Assembly: GCA_037189985.1 (NCBI GenBank)
Contig: JBBCJX010000009.1
Coordinates: 1-24,000, forward strand
Direction of reading: 5' to 3'
Source: Moraxellaceae bacterium
GTDB lineage: Bacteria; Pseudomonadota; Gammaproteobacteria; Pseudomonadales; Moraxellaceae
Length of the DNA: 24,000 nucleotides
A program made the translations under genes and the position numbers. This document shows positions 21,848 to 24,000 of this stretch, piece after piece (position 1 is the stretch's first letter; every line of letters begins with the position of its first letter). The notes beneath the pieces are model-generated. The model was not told the DNA's origin. It did not search any database and worked only from the letters and a program-made list of their open reading frames with translations.

Positions 21848-23828
21848 GACCTGGTTCGAGATCAAGGCCCTCGCTAACAACGAGGCAAGGATCGAGATAT
21901 TCGAAGAGATCGGCTACTGGGGCGTTACTGCCAAAACCTTCAGTGACAGTCTGAAGGCGCTTGGTGATGTCCAGACGATTTACCTGCACATCAATTCGCC
22001 GGGCGGTAGCGTTTTTGATGGCATGGCCATCTACAACATCCTCAAGAATCACCCTGCCAATGTGATCGTTCGCGTGGAAGGCCTCGCTGCCTCCATGGCA
22101 TCAGTAATCATGTGTGCGGGGGATGAAGTCATTGTTCCCGAGAACGCACTGGTAATGATCCACAACCCCACGGGCGGCGCTTATGGGGACGAGGATGAAA
22201 TGCGAAAAATGGCAGACGTGCTGGCCAAGGTTAAGGCCGCCATCGTCAGTGCTTATGTTTCTCGCAGTGGCCGTACTGAAGAAGAGGTTGCTGCATGGAT
22301 GTCGGATGAAACCTGGTTCACGGGTGCTGAGGCCGTGGCTGCAGGTTTTGCCGATAAAACAGATCAGCCTGTGGAGCTGGCGGCATGCGCACACCGCATG
22401 ATTGCGAATTTCACGAAAGCGCCTGACAGCCTCAAAAACCTGTCTGGCACACCCACCCAAACGCCGGCGACTGCCGCCGGGAAAACCGGAGTCATCACCA
22501 TGCCCGAACCGAAAACCCCGGCCACCCCGGTGGCCAAGACTGAAGAAGAGATCCGTGCCCAGGCTATTGCCGGGGAGCGCGCTCGCCGTGATTCCATCAA
22601 GGCGAAGTTTGGTGTGCATGCAACTGCGCACGCTGAGCTGCTGAACACCTGTCTGGATGACATGAACATCACCGCAGTGGATGCGGGTGATCGCCTGCTG
22701 AAGGCGCTGGGGGAGGGTGTTACCCCCAGCAACAAGACCACGCACATCTCTGTGGTAACGGGCAATGCACAGTTCCTGCAGGATGCTGAGCAGGTGCTTT
22801 CTGCCCGCTCTGGCTTGCTGAAGGCATCCGAGGTCCGTAAGGAAAACGGCTTGCGCGGCTACACGCTGGCAGAGCTGGCTCGCGCCACGCTGGAGCTGCA
22901 CGGTGCGAGCCTGGTTGGCATGGATCGCATGGGCATGGTGGGTCATGCCTTCACGCATAACTCCGGCGACTTCACGCGCCTTCTGGGCAATGTGGCGCAC
23001 AAGGCCATGCTCTTTGGCTATGAGGATCAGGAGCAGTCCTTCCGTGAGTGGACGATCAAGGGCACGCTCTCTGACTTCCGGCCTGCTGATCGTGTGGGTC
23101 TGGAGTCGTTCCCTGTCCTTGACAAGGTGCCGGAGGGCGGAGAGTACAAGTACGCCACGCTGGCAGATCGTGGTGAGCGCATCCAGTTGGCTACCTTCGG
23201 CAAGCTTTTCAGTATTACCCGTCAGGCCATCATCAATGATGACCTGCACGCGTTTACTGAGATTCCCAAGAAAATGGGTCAGTCTGCTTACCGCACGGTG
23301 AACAAGCTGGTGTATGCCGTGCTGACCAGCAATCCGCAGATGGCAGATGGCAAGGCGCTGTTCCATGCGGATCACAAAAACCTCCTGACGGGGGCGGCTC
23401 CCAGCATTGCCTCTCTCGGGTTGGCTCGTGCCGCAATGCGCAAGCAGAAGGATAGCGCCAACACCGTGCTGAATATCCGCCCCGGTTTCGTGATCTGCCC
23501 GGTGGCTCTGGAGGATCAGATCAATACCATTATCGCGGGCGAGTTCGATCCTGCCGGCGGCGATGCCAAGGTGCCGAATGCCATTCGCAACTTTGCCACC
23601 GTGATTTCTGATGCTGAGCTGGATGAGGTTTCTGCCTCCAACTGGTATCTGGTGGCCGGCCGGGGTTATGACACCATCGAGGTGGCTTATCTCGATGGCG
23701 ATGAAAGCCCGCGCCTGGAGCAGCAGGCTGGCTGGACTGTGGACGGTGTGGAGTTCAAGGTCGGCATTGATGCCGGCGTGAAGGCTCGCGACTTCCGTAC
23801 CTTCCAGAAGAACCCCTACGCCGGCTGA
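21828..23828 (+). CDS. Prohead protease (ClpP/S49-like) / scaffold-linker / major capsid protein fusion
   Basis: The N-terminal IYLHINSPGGSVFDGMAIYNIL ... GLAASMASVIMCAGD ... MIHNP is a ClpP-type serine protease. A Pro/Thr/Ala-rich linker follows (TPTQTPATAAGKTGVITMPEPKTPATPVAK). The C-terminal roughly 400 aa resemble an HK97-fold major capsid (... NWYLVAGRGYDTIEVAYLDG ...). GGAG lies 9 nt upstream of the ATG at 21828. The tracked ORF start (21630) lies inside the portal gene. Confidence 0.8.
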   Translation: MPSTKNKTWFEIKALANNEARIEIFEEIGYWGVTAKTFSDSLKALGDVQTIYLHINSPGGSVFDGMAIYNILKNHPANVIVRVEGLAASMASVIMCAGDEVIVPENALVMIHNPTGGAYGDEDEMRKMADVLAKVKAAIVSAYVSRSGRTEEEVAAWMSDETWFTGAEAVAAGFADKTDQPVELAACAHRMIANFTKAPDSLKNLSGTPTQTPATAAGKTGVITMPEPKTPATPVAKTEEEIRAQAIAGERARRDSIKAKFGVHATAHAELLNTCLDDMNITAVDAGDRLLKALGEGVTPSNKTTHISVVTGNAQFLQDAEQVLSARSGLLKASEVRKENGLRGYTLAELARATLELHGASLVGMDRMGMVGHAFTHNSGDFTRLLGNVAHKAMLFGYEDQEQSFREWTIKGTLSDFRPADRVGLESFPVLDKVPEGGEYKYATLADRGERIQLATFGKLFSITRQAIINDDLHAFTEIPKKMGQSAYRTVNKLVYAVLTSNPQMADGKALFHADHKNLLTGAAPSIASLGLARAAMRKQKDSANTVLNIRPGFVICPVALEDQINTIIAGEFDPAGGDAKVPNAIRNFATVISDAELDEVSASNWYLVAGRGYDTIEVAYLDGDESPRLEQQAGWTVDGVEFKVGIDAGVKARDFRTFQKNPYAG

Positions 23829-23845
23829 TCCGGCATGCAATGAAA

Positions 23846-23874
23846 AGCCCCGCACCTGCGGGGCTTTTTGTTTC
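23846..23874 (+). terminator. Rho-independent terminator after the capsid gene
   Basis: agccccgc-acct-gcggggct followed by TTTTGTTT. Confidence 0.8.
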
Positions 23875-23907
23875 TGAATCCCTTTCAAAAGTTTGGAGAT
23901 AGCCATC

Positions 23908-24000
23908 ATGGCAAAGAACAAGATTCAGGATGGAAAGGTGCTTTCCATCCTTGCGCCGGCAGATGTCGTTGCTGGTCAGGTGGTGATTGCTGGTTCCATT
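23908..24000 (+). CDS. DUF2190-like head decoration/cement protein (5' part, truncated by the window end)
   Basis: GGAG lies 9 nt upstream of the ATG at 23908. MAKNKIQDGKVLSILAPADVVAGQVVIAGSI matches the usual DUF2190 N-terminus (MAKN.vQdGk.l...AP..v.sGq.v.vGsl). Confidence 0.55.
   Translation, partial: MAKNKIQDGKVLSILAPADVVAGQVVIAGSI

Larger units (their letters stand above)
1..24000. mobile_element. Partial temperate prophage (integration, early-left, immunity, replication/late-control and head-morphogenesis modules); neither att site identified
   Basis: Gene order int-xis / early-left operon / CI-like repressor divergent from cro-cII-like genes / Q-like / holin-like / terS-terL-gpW-portal-protease-capsid. 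This is typical lambdoid synteny. Confidence 0.85.

Noticed and set aside
22101-23921. 606-aa ORF on the minus strand opposite the protease/capsid gene, and similar long antisense ORFs (7742..8671 +, 8741..9295 +, 576..1226 -, 18805..19413 -)
   Set aside because: These are shadow ORFs typical of high-GC DNA. Their translations are Arg/Gly/His-rich and low in complexity. They lie fully inside genes with clear homology-like signatures on the other strand.

Overview
The window is one contiguous piece of a temperate, lambda-like prophage in a roughly 60% GC proteobacterial background. The modules run left to right as follows. (1) A P4-type tyrosine integrase (+) and a convergent AlpA/Xis-like gene. 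(2) A leftward operon of about 10.7 kb (12387 down to about 1621, minus strand) made of tightly packed genes, many with 4-nt ATGA/GTGA overlaps. It encodes a ParB-like protein, two ASCH-domain proteins, a KilAC-like protein and many unknowns. (3) An AT-richer immunity module: an S24/LexA-type CI-like repressor (-) with a co-transcribed zinc-ribbon membrane protein, divergent from Cro/YdaS-like, 186-type CII-like, replication-like and Q-like genes (+). (4) A strong intrinsic terminator, a holin-like gene and a lambda-type packaging/head module: Nu1-like TerS, GpA-type TerL, gpW, lambda-family portal, a prohead protease/major capsid fusion, and the start of a DUF2190-like gene. The outstanding feature lies in the promoter-distal part of the leftward operon (2525..5488, minus strand). 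It is a complete diversity-generating retroelement (DGR): a DGR-type reverse transcriptase, an Avd-like accessory gene, a 99-bp template repeat (TR) with eight AAC codons, and two tandem paralogous small target genes. Each target ends in its own variable repeat (VR). The VRs differ from the TR almost exclusively at TR adenines (21 of 22 hand-aligned mismatches). Unlike the classical phage DGR, the targets are not tail fibres. They are roughly 170-aa proteins with no obvious signal peptide, sitting in the early/lysogeny-proximal operon. All calls come from reading the sequence and ORF translations by eye; no database search was possible.
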